DNA from: Alphaproteobacteria bacterium
Lineage (GTDB): Bacteria; Pseudomonadota; Alphaproteobacteria; TMED109
Assembly: GCA_029243935.1 (NCBI GenBank)
Contig: JAQWRB010000031.1
Span: forward strand, 1-63,421
Reading direction: 5' to 3'
DNA length: 63,421 nucleotides
How positions within the stretch are numbered: the stretch's first letter is position 1; every line of letters starts with the position of its first letter. Below the pieces are notes generated by a model. It made no database searches. It was not told the origin of the DNA and was given only the letters and a program-made list of their open reading frames with translations. A program made the position numbers and the translations under genes. Shown here piece by piece: positions 33,685 to 45,284 of this stretch.

Positions 33685-35049
33685 ATGTTAAAAGAAAACG
33701 TTTTAGAACAAACAAACATAGAAAACAAAAAGGTTGAAGAGATCCCTAATGATCTTTCTTCTTATTGGATGCCTTTTACAACTAATAGACGATTTAAAAA
33801 GAATCCTAGATTTTTGGTTTCTGCTAAAGATATGTATTATAAGACCTCAGATAACAAAAGTATTCTAGATGGCGTAGCAGGCTTATGGTGTGTCAATGCA
33901 GGTCATTGTAGACCTCATATTGTCAAGGCTGTTCAAGACCAAGTAGCTGAGATGGATTATGCTACAGCTTTTAACATGGGTCATCCTAAGGCTTTTACTT
34001 TAGCTTCAAGGTTAGCATCAATACTGCCAGAAGATATAGATCATGTTTTCTATACAAATTCTGGATCAGAAGCAGTAGATACGGCATTAAAAATTGCATT
34101 AGCATACCATAACGCCAATGGTGATTCTAGGCGAACAAGATTAATAGGTAGGTCTAGAGGATATCATGGTGTTGGATTTGGAGGCATGTCAGTAGGGGGA
34201 ATGGTTGCAAATAGAAAACAATTTTCTAATCATCTTCCAGGCGTTGATCATATGCAAGACACACATATTCCCGAATTAAACTCTTTTTCTAAAGGCCAGC
34301 CTAAACATGGAGTAGAAAGAGCTCATTCGCTTATTGATTTAATTAACTTACATGATGCATCTACTATTGCTGCTGTAATTATTGAACCTGTAGCTTGTTC
34401 TACAGGAGTATTAGTGCCTCCTATAGGGTATCTGGATGAAATAAGAAATATATGTACAAAAAATGGAATACTGCTTATTTTTGATGAGGTAATATGTGGT
34501 TTTGGAAGGCTAGGCACCCCATTTTCTGCAGATAAATTTAATGTAATTCCAGATATTATGACATTAGCAAAAGGGCTTACAAATGCTACAGTCCCGATGG
34601 GAGCTGTTGCTACACATAAAAAAATATATGATGGACTAATGCATGGTCCTGAGAATGTTGTTGAGCTTTTTCATGGTTATACTTACTCTGGCCATTCATT
34701 GGCATGTGCTGCTGCACTAGCTACTTTAGAGGAGTATGAAGTAGAAAAATTATTTGATAGGGCGGGCAGTTTAGAAAAGACATTTGAAGAACATGCGCAT
34801 ATTTTAAAAGATTTAGATAATGTTATAGATATAAGAACTATTGGTTTAGTTGCAGGCATAGAATTAAAAACTAGAGAAGATGGTGTGGGTAAAAGAGTGT
34901 ACGATGTTTGGGAGAATTGTTTTGAAAACAACTTACTTACAAGGTTTACTGGAGAGACTCTTGCTATTTCTCCCCCTTTAATAGTAAGTGAAGATCAAAT
35001 AAAAACAATATTTGACACTATTAGATCCGCAATTCTAGAAGTTAAATAA
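33685..35049 (+). CDS. class III (omega) aminotransferase, beta-alanine/omega-amino acid:pyruvate type
   Basis: WMPFTTNRRFKKNPR, GLWCVNAGH, LLIFDEVICGFGRLG, PLP-Lys context TLAKGLT. 454 aa. Confidence 0.85.
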   Translation: MLKENVLEQTNIENKKVEEIPNDLSSYWMPFTTNRRFKKNPRFLVSAKDMYYKTSDNKSILDGVAGLWCVNAGHCRPHIVKAVQDQVAEMDYATAFNMGHPKAFTLASRLASILPEDIDHVFYTNSGSEAVDTALKIALAYHNANGDSRRTRLIGRSRGYHGVGFGGMSVGGMVANRKQFSNHLPGVDHMQDTHIPELNSFSKGQPKHGVERAHSLIDLINLHDASTIAAVIIEPVACSTGVLVPPIGYLDEIRNICTKNGILLIFDEVICGFGRLGTPFSADKFNVIPDIMTLAKGLTNATVPMGAVATHKKIYDGLMHGPENVVELFHGYTYSGHSLACAAALATLEEYEVEKLFDRAGSLEKTFEEHAHILKDLDNVIDIRTIGLVAGIELKTREDGVGKRVYDVWENCFENNLLTRFTGETLAISPPLIVSEDQIKTIFDTIRSAILEVK

Positions 35050-35066
35050 TATTAGAGGAGTATGTT

Positions 35067-35462
35067 ATGGCTACTGTAAAGTTAATAGAGCCTGAAGAAG
35101 CAAAAGGTAAAGTAAAAGAAATTTTTGAAGATATAAGCAAGACTAGAGGTGGAGATAAAGTAAATAATATATGGAAGGCTCTTGCTAATGAGCCTGATTT
35201 ATTAGAATCAACCTGGAATAGAATAAAACAAGTGATGGCGCCAGGTGCTTTAGACTCAGTAACAAAAGAATTAATTTATATAGCTGTAAGTATAGTAAAT
35301 GGTTGTGAATATTGTATTCATTCACATACAGCAGTTGCTAGAAAAAAAGGAATGACAGAGGAAATGAGAAGCGAGTTACTTGCTGTAATTGCAATGGCAT
35401 CTCAAACTAATGCTTTAGCTAATGCGTATCAAATTGAGGTAGATGATTCTTTTAAACAATAA
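35067..35462 (+). CDS. carboxymuconolactone decarboxylase (AhpD-like) family protein
   Basis: 131 aa with CEYCIHSH (CxxC-x-x-H) AhpD-type motif. GGAG SD. 17 nt after the aminotransferase gene. Confidence 0.8.
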   Translation: MATVKLIEPEEAKGKVKEIFEDISKTRGGDKVNNIWKALANEPDLLESTWNRIKQVMAPGALDSVTKELIYIAVSIVNGCEYCIHSHTAVARKKGMTEEMRSELLAVIAMASQTNALANAYQIEVDDSFKQ

Positions 35463-35464
35463 AT

Positions 35465-36421
35465 TTATTTTAATGCATTATTTATTCGATCACTTACTAA
35501 ACTTATTAACTTAGCTGTGTCACTTATTCTTGCTCCCATCGTTAAGAAACCATGTATTTGACCATCAAAAATTACAGTTTCAACATTATTTCCTGCTTTT
35601 TTTAATGCTTCTCCATATGCTAAGCCTTCATCTTTAAGTGGGTCACAACCAGCTACAGCTATTAAAGACGGTGTGAGGTTAGATAAATCTTTAAAAAGCA
35701 TTGGCGCTGCCCTCCAATCATTCAACTTATCTTTATCTATATATTTTTTTTCAAACCAGTTCATTAAAAGTTTTGACAATATAAAACCATTATATTGTTC
35801 TTTAGATGGATAATGTGCCCCCATATGTGTAGACGGGTATATTAATGCTTGAAAAGATATAGAAGGGACTAAATTTTCTTTTGAGCTAATACAGCAAACA
35901 GCAGCTATATTTCCTCCTGCACTATCTCCACATACAGCAATTTTTTCAACATTTATAGGTAGATTTAAAGGATTGTTTTTTATCCAATTTACAGAAGCAA
36001 TGGCATCATTTATTGCTGTAGGAAATCTGTATTCTGGCCCCATTCTATAATCTATTGCAATTACGTCAAAGTTTCCTTCATTGGCCAATTGTCTGCAGAC
36101 AACATCATGTGTATCGAGGTCCCCTATGACCCATCCTCCACCGTGAAAAAATATTGTTACTGGAAGTTTATTATTATTATTATTATTTATCCCTCTGTAA
36201 TAACGTGCTTTAATATTTTGAGAGTCTACAGGTATACTGATATTTTTAATTTTATAAACTTCTGGTGCAGGAGGCGATAAAGAACCTCTCATATCTAAAT
36301 AAGCATTTCTGGCTTCTATATAATTCATTTTATATAATGGAATTCTTTCCCCAGATTTTTCTGCAGACCTTATATCATTAATAATAGCTAATGCTTCCGG
36401 ATGTAAATTTTTATCAGACAT
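35465..36421 (-). CDS. alpha/beta hydrolase, HSL (family IV) esterase/lipase
   Basis: FFHGGGW oxyanion motif, GDSAGGN nucleophile elbow, distal DPLKDEG and HGF. Confidence 0.85.
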   Translation of the reverse strand: MSDKNLHPEALAIINDIRSAEKSGERIPLYKMNYIEARNAYLDMRGSLSPPAPEVYKIKNISIPVDSQNIKARYYRGINNNNNNKLPVTIFFHGGGWVIGDLDTHDVVCRQLANEGNFDVIAIDYRMGPEYRFPTAINDAIASVNWIKNNPLNLPINVEKIAVCGDSAGGNIAAVCCISSKENLVPSISFQALIYPSTHMGAHYPSKEQYNGFILSKLLMNWFEKKYIDKDKLNDWRAAPMLFKDLSNLTPSLIAVAGCDPLKDEGLAYGEALKKAGNNVETVIFDGQIHGFLTMGARISDTAKLISLVSDRINNALK

Positions 36422-36432
36422 ATTTTTTCTCT

Positions 36433-36864
36433 CTAATTTATAGTTATTTCTTTTAAAATATAATTATTTTGTTCATCCAATTTAGGCATATAAGCTGAAA
36501 GCTCAGTAATATTAACATTTATACTTACTATTACCCAGCATAAATTAATATCATAAACAGATTGTATATCTTTTTTTGATGGCTTTGTACCTAAAGGACT
36601 ATCTGGATGGCTATGATAATGTCCAATAATTTTCAGTTTATCTTTTCTATATGATTTTTGAACATTAATTATTTCTTGAGGGTTAATTTCAAAAAATTTA
36701 TAAGGATTAGCTGCAATATTTATGGTGCTTAAGGAATTTTCACATATTAAGATATTATTCTCTGCATATCCTATTAAAAATCCACAACATTCTTTAGGGT
36801 ATTCTTTAATAGCCTCTTTAAATATATTGGATTTTATAGTATTAGGTATCTTAATATTAATCAT
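36433..36864 (-). CDS. Mov34/MPN/JAMM-family metalloprotease
   Basis: ECCGFL Glu motif plus HYHSHPDSPLGTKPSKKD (HxH-x7-S-xx-D JAMM motif). 143 aa. Confidence 0.8.
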   Translation of the reverse strand: MINIKIPNTIKSNIFKEAIKEYPKECCGFLIGYAENNILICENSLSTINIAANPYKFFEINPQEIINVQKSYRKDKLKIIGHYHSHPDSPLGTKPSKKDIQSVYDINLCWVIVSINVNITELSAYMPKLDEQNNYILKEITIN

Positions 36865-36871
36865 TAATAAC

Positions 36872-37162
36872 TTACTTTTTAATTATAATCTTTTTTATTT
36901 CTAAACCTGAATCAATACTTATTATATTAATAATATATTTTGATTCATCTTCAAATTGCACAATAATATTTTTGTTATTAGATGTAACATCAGCTAATCT
37001 CATTTTATTTGGAGCAACTATTTCTATATTTGAATGACTTATATCAGATTCTGTAGACTTAATAAACTTACTGCCTCTTTGAATTATAGTAAATACTAAG
37101 AACGAAGTTCCAAGTACTATTAATACTCCTAAAAATATTACTAAAAATTTTAGACCTCTCAT
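36872..37162 (-). CDS. small single-pass membrane protein of unknown function
   Basis: 96 aa. N-terminal hydrophobic helix LKFLVIFLGVLIVLGTSFLVFTII. 7 nt upstream of the JAMM gene on the same strand. Confidence 0.5.
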   Translation of the reverse strand: MRGLKFLVIFLGVLIVLGTSFLVFTIIQRGSKFIKSTESDISHSNIEIVAPNKMRLADVTSNNKNIIVQFEDESKYIINIISIDSGLEIKKIIIKK

Positions 37163-37217
37163 TATATATCACCTATATTATATATTAATTAACTTTTTAT
37201 ATATTTAAGCTTTATTT

Positions 37218-38177
37218 ATGAATAATTCTACTAAAGTAATTGAATTTTTGGTTTCTAAGGAAAAAGCAGGTATTCGTGTGGATAAAGCTTTTTCTTTATA
37301 TGATCATAATTTGAGTAGGTCTTATATAAAAAAACTAGTTTTAAATGGCTCTTTATATATTGACAATATAAAAATAATTGACCCATCTTTTAAGTTAATA
37401 ACGGGAAATACTGTTAAAATTGTTCTACCAGAATTAATTGATGATAAACCAAAGCCTGAAAATATTCCTTTAGATATTTTATACGAAGATGATTTTTTAT
37501 TAGTAATAAATAAACAGGCAGGTTTGGTTGTGCATCCTGCCCCTGGAAATTATGAGGGCACTTTAGTAAATGCTTTATTGTATCACTGTAAGGGAAGTTT
37601 GTCAGGTATAGGTGGCGTGAAAAGACCAGGTATTGTTCATAGATTAGATAAAGATACTTCAGGAATCATGCTGGTAGCAAAAAATGATGAGGCACATAGA
37701 TATTTATCAAAAGGAATTTCTACAAAACAAATAGAAAGAAAATATAAAGCAATAGTATGGGGAGAGCCTAAGCAAAAAGTAGGTATTATTAATGCAAATA
37801 TTGCTCGACATGTACATGATAGAAAAAAAATGTCTGTAGTTAAAAATATTGGTAGAGTAGCAATTACGGAATATAAGGTTTTAAACTCTTATGGATTCGC
37901 TTCTTTAATAGAGTGTAATCTACAGACAGGAAGAACTCATCAAATTAGAGTTCATCTTTCTAATATGGGCTTTCCAGTTATAGGTGATCAATTATATGCA
38001 AAAGGCAAAACTGTATCATCAAAGATGCCGGATATATTAAAATTATTTCCAAGACAAGCATTACATTCCTACAGTTTAAGTTTTGTTCACCCTTTTACTA
38101 AAAAACTGTTAACTTTTGAAAGTGTTCTTCCAAATGATATAAAGCGATTAAAAGAATCTATTGAAGGATTTATATAG
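37218..38177 (+). CDS. rluD: 23S rRNA pseudouridine synthase, RluD/RluA family
   Basis: S4-like N-terminus and catalytic HRLDKDTSG motif. 319 aa. Confidence 0.9.
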   Translation: MNNSTKVIEFLVSKEKAGIRVDKAFSLYDHNLSRSYIKKLVLNGSLYIDNIKIIDPSFKLITGNTVKIVLPELIDDKPKPENIPLDILYEDDFLLVINKQAGLVVHPAPGNYEGTLVNALLYHCKGSLSGIGGVKRPGIVHRLDKDTSGIMLVAKNDEAHRYLSKGISTKQIERKYKAIVWGEPKQKVGIINANIARHVHDRKKMSVVKNIGRVAITEYKVLNSYGFASLIECNLQTGRTHQIRVHLSNMGFPVIGDQLYAKGKTVSSKMPDILKLFPRQALHSYSLSFVHPFTKKLLTFESVLPNDIKRLKESIEGFI

Positions 38178-38245
38178 TTTATACTTGATATTTTTAATAA
38201 AATAACCAATTTAACATATATGTATAATTTTATAAGGTTAAATAA

Positions 38246-39151
38246 ATGTCTAACATAACTTTACCTTCTATTTCTGCTGATGGAAGCCTTAGGAGATATA
38301 TGGCAGAAATAGGACAGTTTCCTATTTTAAGAAAAGATGAAGAATATACTCTAGCAAAGAATTGGCATGAGCACGAAGATATAGATGCCGCACATGCATT
38401 GGTTACGAGCCACTTACGATTAGTTGCTAAAATTGCTATGGGGTATAGGGGTTATGGTTTGCCAATTTCAGATTTAATCAGTGAGGGTAATATAGGTTTA
38501 ATGAAAGCTGTTAAACGCTTTGATCCAGATAAAGGTTTCAGGTTAGCCACTTATGCTCTTATGTGGATTAAGGCATCAATCCAAGAATACATATTGCATT
38601 CTTGGTCTTTAGTTAAAATAGGAACAACCTCAGCTCAAAAAAAATTATTTTTTAATTTAAGAAGAGTTAAAAATGAATTAAAAATTTTTGAAGAGAAAGA
38701 ACTTTCTCCTGAAATGATTAAAAAAATTTCACATCAACTAGTTGTTGAAGAGCAAGAAGTTATCAATATGAACCAAAGAATTAGTGGAGATTATTCTTTA
38801 AATGCCCCTAGGAGAAATTATTCTGATGAAGGAGATTGGCAGGAAGTACTGGAAGATGATAAATTTATAGACCAAGAAACATATGTTTTAGAAAAACAAG
38901 AAATAGAAAAAAGAAAATCAATGTTAGGAAAAGCTTTATCTTTATTATCTGAGAGGGAAAGAAAAATATTTAGTTATAGAAGGTTAATGGATGAGCCTAA
39001 AACTTTAGAAGTGCTTAGTAAAGAATTTAATATTAGTCGTGAAAGAGTTAGGCAAATTGAGGTTAAAGCATTTGAAAAAGTGCAAATAGAAGTAAAAAAT
39101 ATTAGTCATTCTCAAAATAATTTAGTAATTGAAAATCATAAAAATAAATAA
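38246..39151 (+). CDS. rpoH: RNA polymerase sigma-32 heat-shock factor
   Basis: Sigma-70 regions 2-4 and the RpoH box (AQKKLFFNLRR). 301 aa. Confidence 0.93.
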   Translation: MSNITLPSISADGSLRRYMAEIGQFPILRKDEEYTLAKNWHEHEDIDAAHALVTSHLRLVAKIAMGYRGYGLPISDLISEGNIGLMKAVKRFDPDKGFRLATYALMWIKASIQEYILHSWSLVKIGTTSAQKKLFFNLRRVKNELKIFEEKELSPEMIKKISHQLVVEEQEVINMNQRISGDYSLNAPRRNYSDEGDWQEVLEDDKFIDQETYVLEKQEIEKRKSMLGKALSLLSERERKIFSYRRLMDEPKTLEVLSKEFNISRERVRQIEVKAFEKVQIEVKNISHSQNNLVIENHKNK

Positions 39152-39152
39152 T

Positions 39153-40439
<1,287 letters not shown>

Positions 40440-40455
40440 TTAACCCTCATAAATT

Positions 40456-41601
40456 TTATAATTCTTCAATTTTATTATTTTTTAAAATATGTGAACAATT
40501 ATACTTTAGTGCTTCCTCAGTGCCTTTTACATTATTTTTATAATTAAGAATAGTTATCCATCCATTTTTTCTTAGTTCAGGTGGAATGGAAGCATCATGT
40601 TTTAAAGGGATTAAAATTCGCTTTTGTTTATCTTCAATATTAGTTGCTTTTAGGAGTCCATCAAATAAAATTGATAAACCCATACCATTATAATGAATAT
40701 CATTAAATTCTAGAACATATTCTCCTCCAAAACCTAATTCTCGTTTGATATTTGATGAAAAGATTGCAAATCCTATTCCCGAATAATAATTAAACCCTCT
40801 ATTTTCAATAGGGTCGATAGTGATTTTTACATTTTTATGAAGTTTTTTTATAGCATTACATATTAAGGATATTTTATTAATAAGCTTTTTGGCTTCATTA
40901 GGTAAATCAATATTAGATAATTTTTCTAATGCTCTTTCTTCTTCTCCTGCAGAGTCTGCAATTTGAGATAAAATAGACCCACAATTTGGGATTGTTTTAA
41001 TTTTATTTATATTTTTAACTTTTAAATATGATTTTGCTTTCTCAATAGTCTGATCATTTAATTTATTATTATTCATTATTAAATTAGCTAAATTAGGTGT
41101 AGTTATATCTATAATGAGGTTTGATATATTTACTTGGTTTAAGGCCTGGATACCTACTGATATTACTTCAACAGCAGCTTCCACGGTTGGAGCACCAAAC
41201 AACTCTATACCTGCTTGTTTAAGCTGTCTTGAAGGGTGTAACTGATTTCCCTTAGGCCTTAAAATATCCCCTGCATACGATAGTCGTAAAATATTATTAA
41301 TATTATTTAATTTATTTGCTGCAATTCTAGCTATTTGAGGAGTTATATCATTTCTTATAAACATAGGCTTATTTGAAATAGGATCTATAACTCTAAATAT
41401 ATTTTGTTTATTTGTGGTATCTAAAAATAATGTATAATTATCCTCGAATTCTATAAGTGGAGGGATAACCTTTTCGTATCCATTTTGTTTAAAACAACTC
41501 ATTAGGTTATCAGTCAAATAAGAATCTTTATAAGTGTTTTTTTCAAGTAGGTCACTTATTCCTATAGGAAGTAAAGAGGATTTTGGCTTATATTTTTTCA
41601 T
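40456..41601 (-). CDS. hisZ: ATP phosphoribosyltransferase regulatory subunit (HisRS paralogue)
   Basis: LLPIGISDLL..GYEKVIPPLIEFED class-II aaRS-like core without an anticodon-binding domain. 381 aa. Confidence 0.65.
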   Translation of the reverse strand: MKKYKPKSSLLPIGISDLLEKNTYKDSYLTDNLMSCFKQNGYEKVIPPLIEFEDNYTLFLDTTNKQNIFRVIDPISNKPMFIRNDITPQIARIAANKLNNINNILRLSYAGDILRPKGNQLHPSRQLKQAGIELFGAPTVEAAVEVISVGIQALNQVNISNLIIDITTPNLANLIMNNNKLNDQTIEKAKSYLKVKNINKIKTIPNCGSILSQIADSAGEEERALEKLSNIDLPNEAKKLINKISLICNAIKKLHKNVKITIDPIENRGFNYYSGIGFAIFSSNIKRELGFGGEYVLEFNDIHYNGMGLSILFDGLLKATNIEDKQKRILIPLKHDASIPPELRKNGWITILNYKNNVKGTEEALKYNCSHILKNNKIEEL

Positions 41602-41633
41602 AATATTTTTTCAAGTTTATATATATATTATAT

Positions 41634-43223
41634 CTAAATTATATTTTTTGCAAAAGTAAGGGCTTTTGCGCTTTTAACTTGAGATATTTGATTTATATTT
41701 TTAATTAATTCTGCAGAAACAGGTTCATCTATCTCAATTAATGCTATGGCATCCCCCCCTACTTTAGTTCTTCCTAAATGAAATGTAGCAATATTAATAT
41801 TTGCATCTGATAATATAGAGCCTAGTACTCCAATAAATCCTGGCTTGTCTTCATTCGTTATAAATAACATATTAGGGCCAAGTTCAGCTTCAATTCTAGT
41901 ATTCATAACACCTACAATTCTTGGTTTATTACCATATAGAGTTCCTATAACATTTCTAGTCCTTCTTTCTGTTTCAACAGTCAAAGATATATCAGTAATA
42001 TAATCCCCAGATTTTTCACGTATTGAAGTAGTAATATTCATATTTCTATCTTTTGCAATAACTGGTGCATTTACTATGTTTATTGCTTCCATACTATGTG
42101 ACAATAGTCCTGCAATTAGTACACTTATAAGTGGTTCTGTGTTTAATAATGCAACTTGACCACCAAATTCTATTTTAATATTTTTAATGCTGGTTTCAGT
42201 AATTTGACCTGCTAGTTTCCCAATTTGTTCTGCTAATTTTATATATGGTTTTAGTTTTGGCGCGTCTTCTGCAGAAATTGAAGGAATATTTAATGCATTA
42301 GTGATTGCACCTGATATAAGGTAATTTGACATTTGTTCAGCAACTTGTATTGCTACATTTTCCTGCGCTTCTTCTGTAGATGCACCTAAATGTGGAGTAA
42401 CTACCATTTGTTCTAGTCCAAATAAAGGGTTAGATTTAGCAGGTTCGTTACTAAACACATCAAAAGCTGCACCACTTACTTGCCCTAACTTAATTGCATT
42501 AGCGAGATCTTTTTCATTTACAAGACCTCCACGAGCACAATTAATTATTCTAACACCTTTTTTCATTAGATTTATGGATGAAGCATTAATAATTTCTTTT
42601 GTAGTCTTTGTAAGAGGAACATGAAGAGTAATAAAGTCTGAGAGTTTTAATAGTTCTTCAAAAGTTATTTTTTCTATACCTATCTCTTGAGCTCTTTCAT
42701 CTGTGAGATATGGATCATACACTTTTACATGCATTTTTAAACCCTTGGCTCTATCAGCTACTATAGATCCTATATTACCACATCCAATCATTCCTAATAC
42801 TTTGGAGTACAGCTCTGTTCCAGTGTACTTAGATTTTTCCCATTTACCTAAATGTGTGGAGGTGTTAGCGATAGGTATATTTCTTGCTAGCGCCATCATT
42901 AACGCAATAGTATGTTCGGCGGTAGTAATGGAATTTCCAAATGGAGTATTCATTACAATAGTACCATTAGCGGTCGCAGATTCTATATCTACATTATCTA
43001 CGCCTATTCCTGCACGTCCTATAACTTTTAAATTTTTTGCGTGTTTAATAATATCATTTGTTACTTTTGTGTTAGATCTAATAGCTAATCCATCATAATC
43101 ACCAATTATCTTTGATAGTTCTTCAGGAGATAATGCTGTATTTATATTTACTTCAATTCCATGTTTTATAAATATTTCTTCAGCTTTTGTACTTAATTTA
43201 TCTGATATTAAAACTTTAGGCAT
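41634..43223 (-). CDS. serA: D-3-phosphoglycerate dehydrogenase (long form with ACT domain)
   Basis: GMIGCGNIGS NAD motif, 2-hydroxyacid dehydrogenase signatures, C-terminal ACT-like region. 529 aa. Confidence 0.93.
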   Translation of the reverse strand: MPKVLISDKLSTKAEEIFIKHGIEVNINTALSPEELSKIIGDYDGLAIRSNTKVTNDIIKHAKNLKVIGRAGIGVDNVDIESATANGTIVMNTPFGNSITTAEHTIALMMALARNIPIANTSTHLGKWEKSKYTGTELYSKVLGMIGCGNIGSIVADRAKGLKMHVKVYDPYLTDERAQEIGIEKITFEELLKLSDFITLHVPLTKTTKEIINASSINLMKKGVRIINCARGGLVNEKDLANAIKLGQVSGAAFDVFSNEPAKSNPLFGLEQMVVTPHLGASTEEAQENVAIQVAEQMSNYLISGAITNALNIPSISAEDAPKLKPYIKLAEQIGKLAGQITETSIKNIKIEFGGQVALLNTEPLISVLIAGLLSHSMEAINIVNAPVIAKDRNMNITTSIREKSGDYITDISLTVETERRTRNVIGTLYGNKPRIVGVMNTRIEAELGPNMLFITNEDKPGFIGVLGSILSDANINIATFHLGRTKVGGDAIALIEIDEPVSAELIKNINQISQVKSAKALTFAKNII

Positions 43224-43246
43224 AATGCTTCTCCATTATATTTTTA

Positions 43247-44395
43247 TTATACTTTAGGTAGGTTTTTCCAGGCCCAATCAAGCCAAGGTAATAAAAGCTT
43301 AATATTAGATAGCTCTATAGTACCGCCACCCCAAATTCTAATGCCTAAAGGTGCAGATGGGTAGTGATTAATATCATAAGCTGCTTCTTTTTCTTCTAAT
43401 AAGTCAAAATAGCTTTTTAGAATATTTTTTTGTTCAGAAACCTCTTTTTCCAAAAACCATGGATCAACTATTTTTAAACATATGGATGTAGATGACCTGA
43501 TGTTTTTATCATTAGCTAAAAATTCTACCCAATTTGTTTTATCTATCCATTTCTCTATTATATATAGGTTAGATTGACTTCTTTTAATCATTGCATCTAA
43601 CCCACCTATACTTTTTACCCATCTTAGGGAGTTAAGTGCATCTTCTATGCAGAGCATAGAAGGGGTATTAATGGTACTACCTTTAAAAATTTTTTCTTGA
43701 AACTTTCCTTTATTTGTTAATCTAAATAATTTAGGAATTGGCCAAGTAGGAGTATATTCTTCGAGTCTTTGAATCGCTCTTGGAGATAAAACAAGAATAC
43801 CATGCTGTGCTTCTCCTCCTAGAACTTTTTGCCATGAAAATGTAGTTACATCAAGCTTGTTCCATGAAATATCCATAGCTAATACTGCAGATGTAGCATC
43901 GCATAAAGTTAACCCTTCTCTATCATCTTTAATCCAGTCGCCGTTCGGAACTTTAACTCCAGCTGTTGTAGCATTCCAAGTAAAGATTACATCATTATTG
44001 AAATCAACTTTATTGATATCTGGTAAGTAACCGTATTCAGCCTCAATTAATTTTGTATCTTTAATTTTTAGTTGATCAATTACATCTGTAACCCAATCTC
44101 TTCCAAAAGAATCCCAGGATAAAATATTTATTCCTTTTGCTCCCAGTAAAGACCACATAGCCATTTCAAAAGCCCCTGTATCTGAACCTCCTACAATTGC
44201 GACTTGATAATTTTTAGGAATCTTTAATACTAATTTAGTTTCATTTATAAGTTCTTGGATCTTTTTAACACATATAGGAGCTCTATGTGATCTGCCTAAA
44301 ACTGCATTATTAAGAAATGAGGAATCCCAATTAGGTATTTTTGAGCAAGGTCCAGAAGAAAATTTTGGATTATCAGGTAGTTTTAAAGAGGTCAT
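43247..44395 (-). CDS. serC: phosphoserine aminotransferase
   Basis: N-terminal KFSSGPCSKIPNW pattern of the alphaproteobacterial SerC type. Adjacent to serA. 382 aa. Confidence 0.85.
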   Translation of the reverse strand: MTSLKLPDNPKFSSGPCSKIPNWDSSFLNNAVLGRSHRAPICVKKIQELINETKLVLKIPKNYQVAIVGGSDTGAFEMAMWSLLGAKGINILSWDSFGRDWVTDVIDQLKIKDTKLIEAEYGYLPDINKVDFNNDVIFTWNATTAGVKVPNGDWIKDDREGLTLCDATSAVLAMDISWNKLDVTTFSWQKVLGGEAQHGILVLSPRAIQRLEEYTPTWPIPKLFRLTNKGKFQEKIFKGSTINTPSMLCIEDALNSLRWVKSIGGLDAMIKRSQSNLYIIEKWIDKTNWVEFLANDKNIRSSTSICLKIVDPWFLEKEVSEQKNILKSYFDLLEEKEAAYDINHYPSAPLGIRIWGGGTIELSNIKLLLPWLDWAWKNLPKV

Positions 44396-44474
44396 ATTTT
44401 TTCCGTATTATTTAATAGATAACTTAACTTGTACTGCAATGTATTATGGTCTTGTGTCTTGTCAATAATATATT

Positions 44475-45284
44475 CTAATTTTTTATATTATTTATTAAAT
44501 GATTTAATGGACCGTTACCTTTTCCTATATTTGGGGCATACTTTATAGATTTATTAACAAAGGCATGCGCTCTCTTTACAGCAAAATTTAAACTCATTTT
44601 TTGACCCATTCCGCATGCTATTGCACTAGATAATGCGCAGCCTGTTCCATGAGAATTTTTAGTTATAATTTTATCATTTTGAAAATATTTAACCTTATTT
44701 TTAGTTATAAGTATATCTGTAAGAGTACTCTCTTTTAAATGCCCACCTTTCATCAAAACATTATTAATTCCCATTTTAATAATCATCTTTCCTGTTGCTT
44801 CAAGGTCTTTAATGTTATTTATTTTTTTTCCAGTTATAACTTCAGCTTCTGGAATATTAGGAGTAATTATACTACATAAGGGCATTAATTTTTTTATTAA
44901 AGTTTCTTCAGCACCACTATCAAGGAGTTTATGTCCTCCTTTTGCAACCATCACAGGATCCAATACAATAGGAATATTTTTATTAATTTTTGAAAGTAAA
45001 TTTGCTATACAAATTATAATATTTTTATTAGAAAGCATTCCAATTTTTATTGCATCGGCTCCTATGTCATCTAATATGGCTAATATTTGGTCTTCAATCA
45101 TTTTTAAAGGAATATTTAATATATTATTTACGCCTAAAGTATTTTGGGCTGTTATTGCAGTTATCGCAGAAGTAGCAAAGCCTCCAAGAGCTGTTATAGT
45201 TTTTATATCTCCTTGTATTCCTGCGCCACCTCCAGAATCTGAGCCAGCTATCGTCATTATTCTTGCTAATTTTTTATTAATCAT
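44475..45284 (-). CDS. thiD: hydroxymethylpyrimidine/phosphomethylpyrimidine kinase
   Basis: TIAGSDSGGGAGIQGDIKT N-terminus and GTGCALSSAIA motif. Confidence 0.92.
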   Translation of the reverse strand: MINKKLARIMTIAGSDSGGGAGIQGDIKTITALGGFATSAITAITAQNTLGVNNILNIPLKMIEDQILAILDDIGADAIKIGMLSNKNIIICIANLLSKINKNIPIVLDPVMVAKGGHKLLDSGAEETLIKKLMPLCSIITPNIPEAEVITGKKINNIKDLEATGKMIIKMGINNVLMKGGHLKESTLTDILITKNKVKYFQNDKIITKNSHGTGCALSSAIACGMGQKMSLNFAVKRAHAFVNKSIKYAPNIGKGNGPLNHLINNIKN

